A stretch of DNA of 64,000 nucleotides, taken from IMG/VR virus record IMGVR_UViG_3300029258_005088; one strand, written 5' to 3'. The position numbers and the translations under genes are program-made. Below, piece by piece: positions 26,914-36,610 of the stretch. Each line of letters opens with the position of its first letter. The first letter of the stretch is position 1. The notes under the pieces were generated by a model. The model was not told the DNA's origin. It saw only the letters and a program-made list of their open reading frames with translations, and searched no databases. The stretch comes from a virus.

Positions 26914-27235
26914 CGAGGAGCTCCAGCATGTCGTCTTCTTCGTTCCAGTCGCAATAACCATCGAGCATCAAGGACACCGCCTCGTCTGCGTCGATCTCCA
27001 TCGCTCCTTCGAAATGCCTCTCGGCGGATTCCAAGAGACTGTCGAACTCCAGAGCCTTCCCCGATTCGTCCGTGCGCTCGGCACAGAATATCATCAGGTC
27101 GGCAAGAAAGTCCGATACGGTGGCCTTGACGTCATTGGGATCCCCTCCTCCGTATTCCGCCAGGAGAGCTTCTATCTCCTCGGCTCTTTTCGCGTTCTTG
27201 GGATTCCCTTCGAAGTTTCTCTTCACTTCGGACAT
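26888..27235 (-). CDS. hypothetical protein
   Basis: Start trimmed to MSEVKR; DFLADLMIFC segment. Confidence 0.7.
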   Translation of the reverse strand: MSEVKRNFEGNPKNAKRAEEIEALLAEYGGGDPNDVKATVSDFLADLMIFCAERTDESGKALEFDSLLESAERHFEGAMEIDADEAVSLMLDGYCDWNEEDDMLELLDEEAESDA

Positions 27236-27459
27236 AAACTCTCCATGCAATGTTCTTCGTAACCACAGGACCACAGACCGTCGCCGATGTATTCACATCC
27301 GCACGCCTTCTGATCGTGTCCTTGCTTCAGGCCCTTCAGGACCTTGTCCAGCTGCTCTTCCGCCAGACAGTCCAGCAGGACGTTTATCGTTGGATGGAGT
27401 CTCCCTTTCTCATCTGTCATGAGCTCGCGGATCTCCTCCTTCTTCTGTTCGCTAGTCAA
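27223..27459 (-). CDS. small hypothetical protein
   Basis: CGC...WSCG...C cluster. Confidence 0.65.
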   Translation of the reverse strand: MTSEQKKEEIRELMTDEKGRLHPTINVLLDCLAEEQLDKVLKGLKQGHDQKACGCEYIGDGLWSCGYEEHCMESLCPK

Positions 27460-27682
27460 GGGGCACCGCCTTTCCGTCCTTCCAGACGTAGTTCACGGGA
27501 TCCTCGGAGGGCTCGACTCTGTACTCTCGTACGGAAGTCCAGCGCCATTGCAGATCCTTGGCGTATCCCTCGGCCTCGTCTCTAGTCAGAAAACGCAGGG
27601 TGTTTCGGCACCAGTCTCCGTTTCTTTCCGCGATTACATCCACCGCATAGCTGCGGGCCTCTTCCATAATCGGCTGCGACAT
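27452..27682 (-). CDS. small hypothetical phage protein
   Basis: NTLRFLTRDEA...DLQWRW...DPVNYVW motif; SD GGAGG. Confidence 0.8.
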   Translation of the reverse strand: MSQPIMEEARSYAVDVIAERNGDWCRNTLRFLTRDEAEGYAKDLQWRWTSVREYRVEPSEDPVNYVWKDGKAVPLD

Positions 27683-28517
27683 CCACTTCCTCCACTTTTA
27701 TCTGGTGGGGGTTTTCTTTAATTACGGCCTTTTCGATAATATCCATTAGCCCTTCTTCCTCGAGGAACTTGCGCCAGCTTCCCGGCCGCTTGCTCTCAGG
27801 CTTCCGCGTTCCCTTGACGCCATTGCGCCACAAACCCTCTATGGCTTTGAGGTTAGGTCTCGCGTTGTCTTCCATCTGGACGGCTCGCAGTGCGAGATCC
27901 GGATGTTCGTGGACCATTCTTATCAGCTCGTGCTTCTGCGTACTGGGGCAGTAGAAACACGCGGATTTCACGGGAACCGGCAGACCAACCGCCGCTACCT
28001 CTTCCGCGCACCTGTCTCTGTCCCAGTGCCACTCTCGCAGAGGATACCTGTACTCGTACTTGGGATCCTCTTTGGTGGCTCCTCGCTTGGAGTCCTTGGG
28101 CCCGTCGTCATACCCGATGAGGCGCGTGATGCGTCCTCCTCCCCGTATCCATTCCTGGAACGGTTCGTAGGTATCGACGTACTTGTCCATGGGACCTGCC
28201 TTCCATTTCAAACTGCAGCTCTTGCGGCCGAAGGCCAGGCTGGGAAGGGTCTTGTTCATCAGACAGTTACCTTCTAGGGTACTGTATGGTCCGTACTTGA
28301 ACCTCTTCGGAACGTACCTCACGACAGTGACCTCCGGAAAACCATGCTTCCGGAGGTACTCGTTCATGATTGGTATGTAGGCATAGGTCTCCGGCCACTC
28401 GTCTCCGACGTCTGCGAAGAGTATCAAATCCGGGCGCCACGCCCTATTGATCATCCCCACCAACATGGCGGACGAGTCCAGTCCTGCGCCGTAGCTAACT
28501 ACCACGGGCTGTTTCAT
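27582..28517 (-). CDS. PP-loop PAPS-reductase-family protein 2
   Basis: SYGAGLDS PP-loop variant, FADVGDEWPETY, SCSLKWK, YPLREW, KSACFYCP. Confidence 0.9.
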   Translation of the reverse strand: MKQPVVVSYGAGLDSSAMLVGMINRAWRPDLILFADVGDEWPETYAYIPIMNEYLRKHGFPEVTVVRYVPKRFKYGPYSTLEGNCLMNKTLPSLAFGRKSCSLKWKAGPMDKYVDTYEPFQEWIRGGGRITRLIGYDDGPKDSKRGATKEDPKYEYRYPLREWHWDRDRCAEEVAAVGLPVPVKSACFYCPSTQKHELIRMVHEHPDLALRAVQMEDNARPNLKAIEGLWRNGVKGTRKPESKRPGSWRKFLEEEGLMDIIEKAVIKENPHQIKVEEVDVAADYGRGPQLCGGCNRGKKRRLVPKHPAFSD

Positions 28518-28723
28518 ATATAGATTTCCCAGGTGTGGTCGTCGTACACCTTGAGCAACCAGATGGATCCATCCGGAAGCTGCCAGCTCGTTAGCCTGAA
28601 TGACTTTCCACGAACCGGGTGGTGGTACCCGCCATCCACTCTCTGGGTTGCCTTATGTTCAATCAGGAGCGCCTTCAACTGGCTCCGCCCCGTCTTCTCC
28701 GTAGTCTGGGTCTTCGCCTTCAT
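28514..28723 (-). CDS. small hypothetical protein
   Basis: SD AGGAG; ATGA overlap. Confidence 0.7.
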   Translation of the reverse strand: MKAKTQTTEKTGRSQLKALLIEHKATQRVDGGYHHPVRGKSFRLTSWQLPDGSIWLLKVYDDHTWEIYI

Positions 28724-29087
28724 TGAGTTGCTCCTCTATCCTATTTACGAGGTTGTACGTCACGGTGTCGTGACTCTCCGAGATTATCGCCTCTATAGGA
28801 TCTACCATTTCTTTTCTAATGATCGAAGCCTCTATCCTGAGAACTTCCTTCAAAGTCTCGACCTTTTCTTCTTTGGTCAGACTATCGTACTTCTGCCTGG
28901 TCGTCGCCTCGGTAACCGCAGACAACAACCTTCCGCGTATCTGCATGCCAAGAACGACGCGCCTCTGTGCAACGGTCTCCGCTGCCTTGCGGTCCATGCC
29001 TTTCTTCGTCAAGCGCACTACCTCTGCGGCGACGTCCATCTTCGTCTGCTGGGACATCGCCTCGACCCAGCTATCCGTATCGCTCAT
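28659..29087 (-). CDS. helical hypothetical protein
   Basis: Start trimmed to MSDTDSW. Confidence 0.65.
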   Translation of the reverse strand: MSDTDSWVEAMSQQTKMDVAAEVVRLTKKGMDRKAAETVAQRRVVLGMQIRGRLLSAVTEATTRQKYDSLTKEEKVETLKEVLRIEASIIRKEMVDPIEAIISESHDTVTYNLVNRIEEQLNEGEDPDYGEDGAEPVEGAPD

Positions 29088-29089
29088 GT

Positions 29090-29311
29090 CTACTCCGGGG
29101 GTTTGTAGTTCACGGTACACAAGCTATAACCCTTCCTGGACGCGACTTCAAGAACGTTGTCGTAGTCTTCTTCGTCAAACCCCAGATCTCCCCAGAGTTC
29201 TTTCAGAAGCTTTCCGCTCTCGTCGTCATCCGCCATGAAGGAACGTCGAATATGCCGGACCTTGATCTCCGGAGAGAAGAACTTCTCCATTCTATCCGTC
29301 ATGGTCGTCAT
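29090..29311 (-). CDS. small hypothetical protein
   Basis: SD GAGGAG. Confidence 0.7.
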   Translation of the reverse strand: MTTMTDRMEKFFSPEIKVRHIRRSFMADDDESGKLLKELWGDLGFDEEDYDNVLEVASRKGYSLCTVNYKPPE

Positions 29312-29711
29312 GCCTGAGCTCCTCTATGGTTCTTCCGCAGACGTGGGGAAGAAACCCGTCGCACTGCATCTCGTCCGCCGTTTCCATCTCCTCTTCGGAA
29401 GTTGTCTCATGCCCTTGGGCCGCAAGCCAGTGATCCACCTGGATGAGGTAATCTCCATAGGCCATATCGCATACGTCCTGCTCCAGCTCTCCGCCTATCC
29501 ACTCCTCAAGGAAGCCGACGGCAACCGTTCTGACGTACTCCTCGATATTGCCTTTGTCGTCCTTCACCTCGAACAGCAGAGGCTGATCCGAGAACTCTAT
29601 GATTTCGACTAGCGTGCTTAGATCGTCGACTTCGCAGTACTTCCTCGCGAACGCGTCGATCTCATGCATGCTCTGCCGGCATCTATCCAGCAATTCTTTC
29701 AGTTTCTTCAT
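29292..29711 (-). CDS. acidic hypothetical protein
   Basis: SD AAGGAG. Confidence 0.75.
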   Translation of the reverse strand: MKKLKELLDRCRQSMHEIDAFARKYCEVDDLSTLVEIIEFSDQPLLFEVKDDKGNIEEYVRTVAVGFLEEWIGGELEQDVCDMAYGDYLIQVDHWLAAQGHETTSEEEMETADEMQCDGFLPHVCGRTIEELRHDDHDG

Positions 29712-30159
29712 CGGACTCCTTCGCTACGAAACACCACCCGTCGATGGTCCAGTACTCCGTACCGTCTATCTCGCACTTCCTGGCTTCGTACGTATTCAAT
29801 TCTCGCTGATCGGATCCGGGCTCGGAACCGTCGTCGTAGAAAAACTGAATACGGTGTTCAGTTTCTTCCTCCAGGGTGAAACCCTCTGCCTTCAGGAATC
29901 GGAGCATCTCCGGCTTCTCGAAGTAAGGCTCTCTCCATCCGTTCCAGTAGGAGTTGTGATCCATCATGCAGTCGAACCACTCCTCCGTGTTGATGGCCAC
30001 CTTTGCAGGCGCCCAGTCCATGCTATAGGTGGTCTCCTCCGCGGCCGTCTTCGGAATGCGGCACTGGAATCCCCCGCCAAGAGGGAAGCAAATGTAATGA
30101 TCACGCTCTTCTTCGCGTACGTCATAGTACATCTCGTCTACTTTAATCAATCGACTCAC
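29683..30159 (-). CDS. hypothetical protein
   Basis: Start trimmed to GTG (MSRLIK); WNGW..PYFEK...YWTIDGWCF motif. Confidence 0.7.
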   Translation of the reverse strand: MSRLIKVDEMYYDVREEERDHYICFPLGGGFQCRIPKTAAEETTYSMDWAPAKVAINTEEWFDCMMDHNSYWNGWREPYFEKPEMLRFLKAEGFTLEEETEHRIQFFYDDGSEPGSDQRELNTYEARKCEIDGTEYWTIDGWCFVAKESDEETERIAG

Positions 30160-30670
30160 ACTGTATCTCCGCTTCGTATTCGGGATCGGACTCCGATACC
30201 TGGTTGAAATTGAGACCACCTGCCTTCTCCAAGGCCTTCTCCTCGGCTTCCGCAACGGAGCGGGCCTTGACGATGACCTTCATCGTACGGGTGGTCGTTC
30301 GCTTGAGCTCTCCCGAGAACTTCCGCTCCCGTGGGGGAAAGTCTATCCGAATGCCAAGCTGATCCGCAAGCTCTCCGGACTCCAGAGCCTCTCTGACGAT
30401 AGCTTCATGGAACTCTCTTCCTCGGGATGCTCTCATCTTCTCCAGCCTGCCGTCGTGCTTCTGTCTGTAGCAGGGCAGGTCTCTGACGTCGAACTCGTGA
30501 CCGGCCTCGGGATCCCACAGGTCTTCCTCGTTCTCGAAGACCTTGTACCAGTCTGACAGGGCAACTCTCTCGGAGAGGTCGGTCTCGTCGTTCTTGTAGA
30601 CGTGGTAAATCGGATAGCCTTCTACTAGGAAGGCCAGATCCGGCTTGACCCAATCACTTACGTATGGCAT
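30143..30670 (-). CDS. hypothetical protein
   Basis: Minus-strand ORF in the array. Confidence 0.75.
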   Translation of the reverse strand: MPYVSDWVKPDLAFLVEGYPIYHVYKNDETDLSERVALSDWYKVFENEEDLWDPEAGHEFDVRDLPCYRQKHDGRLEKMRASRGREFHEAIVREALESGELADQLGIRIDFPPRERKFSGELKRTTTRTMKVIVKARSVAEAEEKALEKAGGLNFNQVSESDPEYEAEIQCESID

Positions 30671-30815
30671 CGTCTTGCTTCCTGGCCTCCGTGGCCTTCA
30701 GGGTTACCGTAGCGAGCCATCGCACGCAAGCGATGACCATTCGGAAAGCGGACAGCAGACAGTTCTTCAACTCTTCCAATGCCTCTTTGCCCTCAGGCTG
30801 TTTCTTTTTCGTCAT
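30654..30815 (-). CDS. 53-aa protein, not in track
   Basis: MTKKKQPEGKEALEELKNCLLSAFRMVIACVRWLATVTLKATEARKQDDAIRK; SD AAGGAGG; fills the gap. Confidence 0.6.
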   Translation of the reverse strand: MTKKKQPEGKEALEELKNCLLSAFRMVIACVRWLATVTLKATEARKQDDAIRK

Positions 30816-31005
30816 TCTCGAATTCCTCCTTTCCTTTTCTGCACGGCCTGCAGAGACCGTCTTCTATGGGACCGAACGTGGTCCAGCCCTCTTGTTCGAA
30901 CAGCAGCATATCGTAGCTGCCTTCCGGCTCGTCGTCGGCTTCATGGCCACACAGCCTGCAGAACTGGTCTACCACTCGATCTTCTTCTTTCTCGGTACTT
31001 TCCAT
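30793..31005 (-). CDS. small zinc-finger-like protein
   Basis: CRLCG...CRPC. Confidence 0.7.
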   Translation of the reverse strand: MESTEKEEDRVVDQFCRLCGHEADDEPEGSYDMLLFEQEGWTTFGPIEDGLCRPCRKGKEEFENDEKETA

Positions 31006-31274
31006 TTCAACTTTCCGTGCTTTTCTTCGAACTTGTCCATCGCCTCATTTCTACTGGAGGCTCTGACGAAGTCCTGGAAACCGTGGTCGTTCATGGCGCA
31101 ATACAAGTTGGCCGGCATGCCCCAGAAGGCACCGCCCTCGTCATAGCAACCATCTATGAACCGTACGTAGAAACAACGCATCGGCTTGTCCTTCCCGTCG
31201 GTGCATCTCGAACGCCCCATGGGGGCTCCGTACCGACACGGAACCGGGGGAAGCTGTGGGTTTTTCATCGACAT
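30969..31274 (-). CDS. hypothetical phage protein
   Basis: GAPMGR...YDEGGAFWG...VRASSR motif. Confidence 0.8.
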   Translation of the reverse strand: MSMKNPQLPPVPCRYGAPMGRSRCTDGKDKPMRCFYVRFIDGCYDEGGAFWGMPANLYCAMNDHGFQDFVRASSRNEAMDKFEEKHGKLKWKVPRKKKIEW

Positions 31275-31552
31275 CAGGCACCTGCCAGACGGGATCCCGC
31301 CATGAATTCACGAACATCTGCTGGGTGTATCCGTAGCTGCTGTCCGATTTTAATGATCGGGATGCTTCCCGCGTTTATGAGTCTTCGTACACTCGTCGAG
31401 GATATGTTCAGGAAGTGGGCCACAGATCCTTCCGTAAGCAGCTCTTCAAGAGGAAGTTCCTGCTTCACAGATTTAGTGTTGACCTCTATGCTTCCGGTTA
31501 TCTCCGCACGGAAAACCATCAGGTTAGCTTTCTTTCTTTTCTTACTCTTCAT
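31274..31552 (-). CDS. excisionase-type helix-turn-helix DNA-binding protein
   Basis: LLTEGSVAHFLNISSTSVRRLINAGSIPIIKIGQQLRIHPADV fits the HTH_17/Xis pattern. Confidence 0.85.
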   Translation of the reverse strand: MKSKKRKKANLMVFRAEITGSIEVNTKSVKQELPLEELLTEGSVAHFLNISSTSVRRLINAGSIPIIKIGQQLRIHPADVREFMAGSRLAGA

Positions 31553-32448
31553 CAGTAACTACTATTGTTGCAATGGCCGTGGCTGAAGCGGTACTCTCTG
31601 AGTTCCTCCGCAGTCATGTGGCCGTATTTCTCTTTGGCAACCTCGAGCATCTCGGGGAGCGTCTTCTCGTTTCCCCAGACACCGACGTTGCGCTCCTTGT
31701 CCTTGCTCTTTTCCATCTTGACGCGCTCCTGCCTTACCCAGTCTTCGTATACCTCCGGGAAATCCGTTGCAAGCCACAGGAGCTCCTGCAGGTTCGCCCA
31801 CGGACACTTCAGACAACAGCTGGGCCAAGGGACTCTGTCTCCATGGCTACGCATGTAATCCTGGCACTTCTGCCTGTCCATACCTCTGTCTATCAAGGGA
31901 TAGGACTTCTCCAGACAAAGCTCCTGCCACTTGGCATGATGCCGGGCCTTGGCTACGCGCTTCTCCTCGCCGGCGGCTATGCCCAGCAGGATCCGGATCT
32001 TACCGAAGCTTCTGACGAACGCCACGATCGGCGCCTTGCCCCGGTACTTCTTCTCGGGGTTCTCTATGTCGTAGTGCTTCTCGATCCAGTACGCGAGCCA
32101 ACGATAGATCACCTGCACCTTGAGCTTGTCCGTACAACTCTTGGGAAACGCCTTCGAGAAGACAGTCCCGTGAGTGTCCATCTGCTCGTCCAGGCTATGC
32201 CACTTGGGACTATGGAATCCGAGATCCGGTGTCAGCCACCAGAACTCGATTCCGTCCCTCATGCATATCTCGTTCACCTCTTGCGCGTACTCATACGTCT
32301 GTGGAAGCTCGTTGCCCGTATCGCTGAAGACCACTGCGAACTGGTTAGGTGCATACTCCTTCCTGAACTCGGGATCGTGCCGGTACATCGACAACAACGC
32401 GCCGCTGTCCTGGCCCATACCCATGCTCAGTATGGTAAGTTCAGACAT
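31552..32448 (-). CDS. PP-loop PAPS-reductase-family protein 3
   Basis: SMGMGQDS PP-loop variant, FSDTGNELPQTY, SCTDKLK, YPLID, PSCCLKCP. Confidence 0.88.
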   Translation of the reverse strand: MSELTILSMGMGQDSGALLSMYRHDPEFRKEYAPNQFAVVFSDTGNELPQTYEYAQEVNEICMRDGIEFWWLTPDLGFHSPKWHSLDEQMDTHGTVFSKAFPKSCTDKLKVQVIYRWLAYWIEKHYDIENPEKKYRGKAPIVAFVRSFGKIRILLGIAAGEEKRVAKARHHAKWQELCLEKSYPLIDRGMDRQKCQDYMRSHGDRVPWPSCCLKCPWANLQELLWLATDFPEVYEDWVRQERVKMEKSKDKERNVGVWGNEKTLPEMLEVAKEKYGHMTAEELREYRFSHGHCNNSSY

Positions 32449-32719
32449 CTCTGTACTGGGGGTTCTCTTCGTTGTCCTTGCGTATGGCCCGGAAAAGCTC
32501 TACGAGAGCTGCCCGGGTGTGAGGGGATCCCCCTCCACCGGAGCTCAGCTCGCAGAACTCCACGGACTTGGTATAGCGCATGATCTCCGAAGGATCCGGA
32601 TTTATGTAGACGATGATGTCTCCGTCTTCCTGAACCACAAGGCCGAGACGGCCTCTGTGAGACATGTCTTCGAACCTCTCAGCAGATTCGTTCGGTTTTA
32701 TGTCGGATAGGTCTATCAT
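32441..32719 (-). CDS. hypothetical protein
   Basis: Coupled minus-strand ORF. Confidence 0.75.
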   Translation of the reverse strand: MIDLSDIKPNESAERFEDMSHRGRLGLVVQEDGDIIVYINPDPSEIMRYTKSVEFCELSSGGGGSPHTRAALVELFRAIRKDNEENPQYRDV

Positions 32720-33120
32720 CTAGACTCCTTGCTGAACGGGACCATGTGCGGATCGCATCCGTACGGACACATGTAGGCTCTGTGGAAGTCGTTGGTGCAC
32801 GTGGCGTATGCCTCGGCCCGCTCCCATATCTCATCTGCGAGGGCTTCCTTGCCCACACGTTCCATGATGACCTTGGCCTCTTTCAGTTGCTCTTTGTAAT
32901 AGTCCTGGTCAAAGTCATGGCTCTCCAGAACGGAATCGGGATCGAATGTCCAGCCGTTCTCTTCGGCTTCCTTCCGCTCCTCTTCCCGTTTCTCGGCCTG
33001 AGCCTTCTGGTGTGTCTTCCACTCCGCCCAGATGACCGCGATCTTCGTCTTGGCCAACTTATGGAGCTTGTTTCTGGCGTACTCGTGGCCGTCTCTGGTG
33101 TGTGACCAACTCATTGCCAT
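32716..33120 (-). CDS. hypothetical protein
   Basis: TCTND...MCPYGCDPH motif. Confidence 0.75.
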   Translation of the reverse strand: MAMSWSHTRDGHEYARNKLHKLAKTKIAVIWAEWKTHQKAQAEKREEERKEAEENGWTFDPDSVLESHDFDQDYYKEQLKEAKVIMERVGKEALADEIWERAEAYATCTNDFHRAYMCPYGCDPHMVPFSKESR

Positions 33121-33590
33121 CAGCAGGGTATCCTGTATTTCTTGGCGTTACACGCCCGTTTACGATTCAACTCGGCTCTGACGTCGTCCGGGTGCTCCGT
33201 CTGGAAGCGCTGCAGGTTCCTGTTCCAGAACCACGCGCCCCAGTTCGTTTCTCCGAATACGTTCTGGTAGCCGTAGTACTGGAGCATGGTCGATACCAGG
33301 TGCTTGATGTCCTGGGACAGGAAGTCCTCCACGGACATCCCCGCGAAAGAGGCTACGCCTCCCCAGTCATCGACCCAGTTCCATTCCTTCTTCGGATCCA
33401 CGTCCCTCTTCAGAGAGCCGTTGTCGAATGCCACATAGTTTCCGGATTCATCCGTTCGGATACCGTAGAAGAATTCGATCTCGTCACTGTCCGGATCGTC
33501 GAACCACGCCAGGCCATACTCCTCGAGGGCTATGTCCAGCGTTGCATCGACACCGGCCAGGTGCTTGTACGATCTTACCATATCGGACAT
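33120..33590 (-). CDS. hypothetical protein
   Basis: SD GGAG; coupled. Confidence 0.75.
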   Translation of the reverse strand: MSDMVRSYKHLAGVDATLDIALEEYGLAWFDDPDSDEIEFFYGIRTDESGNYVAFDNGSLKRDVDPKKEWNWVDDWGGVASFAGMSVEDFLSQDIKHLVSTMLQYYGYQNVFGETNWGAWFWNRNLQRFQTEHPDDVRAELNRKRACNAKKYRIPC

Positions 33591-34294
33591 TCGTGGTAGT
33601 CTCCGCGCACTTGGTCGAGAAGCTGTTTATAGGCTTCCTCGTCCTCGTACATATCTGTGTTCAAAGGCGTAGGACGCCACTGATTCTGGTCGTCTATGTA
33701 CTCCATATACCGACTGCACCTGACGTAATGGATCTCATCCACGGGACTGGACATGATCTCCATGTCCGCTTCGTCGGTGATCTGCTCATCCGGGTCCTCG
33801 TGCTCCGCAACATACGTGATGTACCAGAAGCAGTAGTTCCTCTCAGCTGAACAGATGGTCGTCGTCTCGTTCTTGTCTACGAGATAGACGTTGCTGATCT
33901 TCTTGATCTTGTGCTTGCTGAGGAAGCCCTTGTTCCAGTACTCGGTCTCATCGACCTTTACGACCCAGAAGTCCGGGGCGTTCTTTCTGCTACCGTCCTC
34001 AGTATCCTCGAGATACATCGACTCGATGTCATCAGCAAGACCTGGCCAGAACGTAGGTCCTCGGCCGCCGTCGTGATTGTTCTGTACGTGCTCGACAAGA
34101 TACTCCAGCTCGTCATCGGCCAGCACAAGCTCCATCTCCTCGGCAACGTTAAGAATCTCCCTGGGAGACACGACGTGAACGAGGAATTCCTTGAAATACT
34201 CGGTCATCACGTCCTTTACCTTCTGCCTGGTTATAACGACTTCGTCGCCATCCAGGGCATGGCCCGTGAGATCTCCTGCTATCTGGTTAATCAT
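33575..34294 (-). CDS. acidic hypothetical protein
   Basis: Start trimmed to MINQIAG (alternative MPLHAS at 34312). Confidence 0.75.
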   Translation of the reverse strand: MINQIAGDLTGHALDGDEVVITRQKVKDVMTEYFKEFLVHVVSPREILNVAEEMELVLADDELEYLVEHVQNNHDGGRGPTFWPGLADDIESMYLEDTEDGSRKNAPDFWVVKVDETEYWNKGFLSKHKIKKISNVYLVDKNETTTICSAERNYCFWYITYVAEHEDPDEQITDEADMEIMSSPVDEIHYVRCSRYMEYIDDQNQWRPTPLNTDMYEDEEAYKQLLDQVRGDYHECPIW

Positions 34295-34661
34295 CGATGC
34301 GTGTAAAGGCATTATTCCTCCTATCGAAAACGGGAAGGCCCAATGCACAGGCCGTCTCGTACATGTTGTCGGTTCCAGGCCCACCGGGGAACACGACTAG
34401 GGCTCCGACGCCCTTGACGTATTCCGCCATCTGCCTGTTTCGTATCGGGCCGGCGGCGTTTCCAAGCTCGCGCCAGTTCGGAGGGAACCTCTTCACGGAG
34501 ATGCCTCGGCTCACGGCCCAGTCCTCCCCGCAGGTGTCCACTCCACTGGCCGTACCACTTACGACCTCGGTGACGGGCACCTCTGCATGGATCCAGTCCA
34601 GCAAGGCATAGTCCTCGTCATCGAGCATGACGTCCCGGCCGCCTGCGATTATTAGTCTCAC
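34287..34661 (-). CDS. YspA/SLOG-family (DUF2493-like) protein
   Basis: MRLIIAGGRD...VVSGTASGVD..GEDWA...AGPIRNRQMA...FPGGPGT..M; GTG start overlapping TGA. Confidence 0.88.
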   Translation of the reverse strand: MRLIIAGGRDVMLDDEDYALLDWIHAEVPVTEVVSGTASGVDTCGEDWAVSRGISVKRFPPNWRELGNAAGPIRNRQMAEYVKGVGALVVFPGGPGTDNMYETACALGLPVFDRRNNAFTRIDD

Positions 34662-34864
34662 AGGTACAGGTCGTTGAGGTCTCTGCCGCCCGGAAGGTTG
34701 ACCAAGGCCTCGGATATGTTTCCACGCCACCAACCTCTCTCTACGAGCCTGCGTCCGACGTTACGGAAAATCTCCCGCTGCCTCTCGGTTACTTCCGAAG
34801 TATCGATCATGGTGTCGAGCCACTTGCGGATCCTCTTCGGAGAGTTCCATGGTTCGCTAATCAT
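34658..34864 (-). CDS. small hypothetical protein
   Basis: ATGA-type coupling. Confidence 0.7.
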   Translation of the reverse strand: MISEPWNSPKRIRKWLDTMIDTSEVTERQREIFRNVGRRLVERGWWRGNISEALVNLPGGRDLNDLYL

Positions 34865-35445
34865 ACGATCTCCTCGGTCCTGTGCACGACGTACATGCCG
34901 TCATTGTCCGGAAGCTCGTCCAGACGAGCCTGAGCCTCCGCCCTTGTCTTGAAGGACTGCTCTTCTTCATTCCAGACCACGGGGGTGTTCCTGAAGTTCT
35001 CGTCGAAGCAGATCGTATAATCCTCGAGGACCTTCGACAGATCCGGGCCGGTGTACATCCAGTTTCCGCAGGCGACGATCCGTTGCCGGGGAATGTCTAT
35101 GATCGGCTCGGTGTACGGATTTCCGCTCTTTCCGTTGCTGTCCAATGCAAGCTTCCTGGCCTTTGCCACGGATCCCTTCAACAGAAGATCCCTGATCTCG
35201 TCTCGGAATGCCTTGCCGTTGTTCACGAGGATGAAGCAGTGGATGGCTTTGTCCGTCTTCGCGAATATGTTCTTCTCCTTGAGCAGAGAAGGGGGAACCG
35301 AGAATCCGGTAGCCCGTAACGTACCGCTCTCCACCTCGGACACGCGGATGTATCTGTAGTGGTAGGAGAAGCCTCCGTTGCCACCGCCAAAACTGACGAT
35401 GAGATGAGGAGTCTGCTCCAGCTCCTTGCCGTTGAGTATGAGCAT
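34861..35445 (-). CDS. hypothetical protein
   Basis: Coupled minus-strand ORF. Confidence 0.75.
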   Translation of the reverse strand: MLILNGKELEQTPHLIVSFGGGNGGFSYHYRYIRVSEVESGTLRATGFSVPPSLLKEKNIFAKTDKAIHCFILVNNGKAFRDEIRDLLLKGSVAKARKLALDSNGKSGNPYTEPIIDIPRQRIVACGNWMYTGPDLSKVLEDYTICFDENFRNTPVVWNEEEQSFKTRAEAQARLDELPDNDGMYVVHRTEEIV

Positions 35446-36212
35446 CAGTACCCTCTCCTTGGACTGCTCTTCCAGTCGTCGCTACGTTGTAGCGCGTCTT
35501 TGATATCCTTGATATCTTCCCAGTAGAACGCACGTCCTACCGCTCCGGTACCCGGACATCCTCCGTGGAACGTCACCACGGGCTCCACGAACCTGTGCCT
35601 GACGTTCTCCGACCTGACGTCGTTTCTCGCGGAACCGTGGTTCGTACGGTACTCACACCTATACCTGACCCATTGCTGGGTGTGGAGTACCTGCGCCTTC
35701 ACTCGCATGACGATGTCTCCGCCGTCCGCGTGCGTGTCTCCGTCCTCGATCATCTCCGACACCTTGGTGTACCACTCGAAGTACAGGTACGTGGAGCCGC
35801 CGTCAGCCACGTGAGAAGCCTGTGCCCACACCGGACAGATCGAAATGATCTTTGTGCGTTCGCTCTCGTAATCGTGATCGTGTCCTTTCTCCCGGTGCCC
35901 GACGGGTTGTACCCAGACGCAGCTGGACACGACTCGTTCCACGGGTTCCGGAGGCAACGCCTCGAAGTAATAGCCGAGTTCTTCGACTACCTGTTCCGCA
36001 TCTCCGTCCAGCTCGATGTTTATGGAACCTTCCGATCCGAAGAGAGGGTACGTGCTGACCCCCGTCACGACGAGGCCCGGAGGAAGAGACCGAAGGATGC
36101 GCAGCTTGTTTTTGCGCTCCCTCTCGATCTTCTCCATATCCAGCCTATCTTTCTCCACCTTCTCGATCAGATCGGAGGTGGTGTACGTCTTGCTCTTGTA
36201 TACCATGTTCAT
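35445..36212 (-). CDS. hypothetical protein
   Basis: 255-aa minus-strand ORF. Confidence 0.75.
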   Translation of the reverse strand: MNMVYKSKTYTTSDLIEKVEKDRLDMEKIERERKNKLRILRSLPPGLVVTGVSTYPLFGSEGSINIELDGDAEQVVEELGYYFEALPPEPVERVVSSCVWVQPVGHREKGHDHDYESERTKIISICPVWAQASHVADGGSTYLYFEWYTKVSEMIEDGDTHADGGDIVMRVKAQVLHTQQWVRYRCEYRTNHGSARNDVRSENVRHRFVEPVVTFHGGCPGTGAVGRAFYWEDIKDIKDALQRSDDWKSSPRRGY

Positions 36213-36610
36213 GTCCAGATTATATCCAGTGCTCCGACCGACTTGGCGTGGTCCGCTATCTTGTCGATGCGCTCCGCGTCCGTGGTCATTCCTTCGTAGG
36301 GTACGCTCTCCCGTTCGAGCATCAAGCGCTCGAGCTCGGAATCCGGCTCCGAAAGGACGTAGGTGCCCTGGAAGTTCTTTACCTCATCTGCGTTTTCTAC
36401 GTAACGATAGAACGGCTTCTTGCGCTCCTCCTCGTTACGGTTGATGATGCAGACGTACGCATGGCCGTGTACCTTGATCACGGCCCGTATGATGTCTCGG
36501 GATGCGTCGTTTATGCTTTCGCAGGCTTCCGGCAGGTTGCACCCATCGTAGTGGATTGCGAATTGCCGGTTGAGCTCTGCGACTGCTTCTTCGATGATGT
36601 CTTTGCCCAT
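36209..36610 (-). CDS. hypothetical protein
   Basis: Start trimmed to MGKDII (SD GGAG). Confidence 0.7.
   Translation of the reverse strand: MGKDIIEEAVAELNRQFAIHYDGCNLPEACESINDASRDIIRAVIKVHGHAYVCIINRNEEERKKPFYRYVENADEVKNFQGTYVLSEPDSELERLMLERESVPYEGMTTDAERIDKIADHAKSVGALDIIWT

Noticed and set aside
27582-27720. ~100-nt same-strand overlaps (also 36511-36610 and 51610-51713) as programmed frameshifts
   Set aside because: No slippery heptamer or stimulatory structure noticed. The overlapping tails are non-conserved-looking, more consistent with stop-codon drift or uncertain starts.
34335-34395. tRNA-like string (track ORF begins MGLEPTT, as reverse-complemented tRNAs often translate)
   Set aside because: It lies in the conserved FPGGPGTDNM coding motif of the YspA/SLOG gene and I could not build a cloverleaf. 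No tRNA gene was found anywhere by eye.
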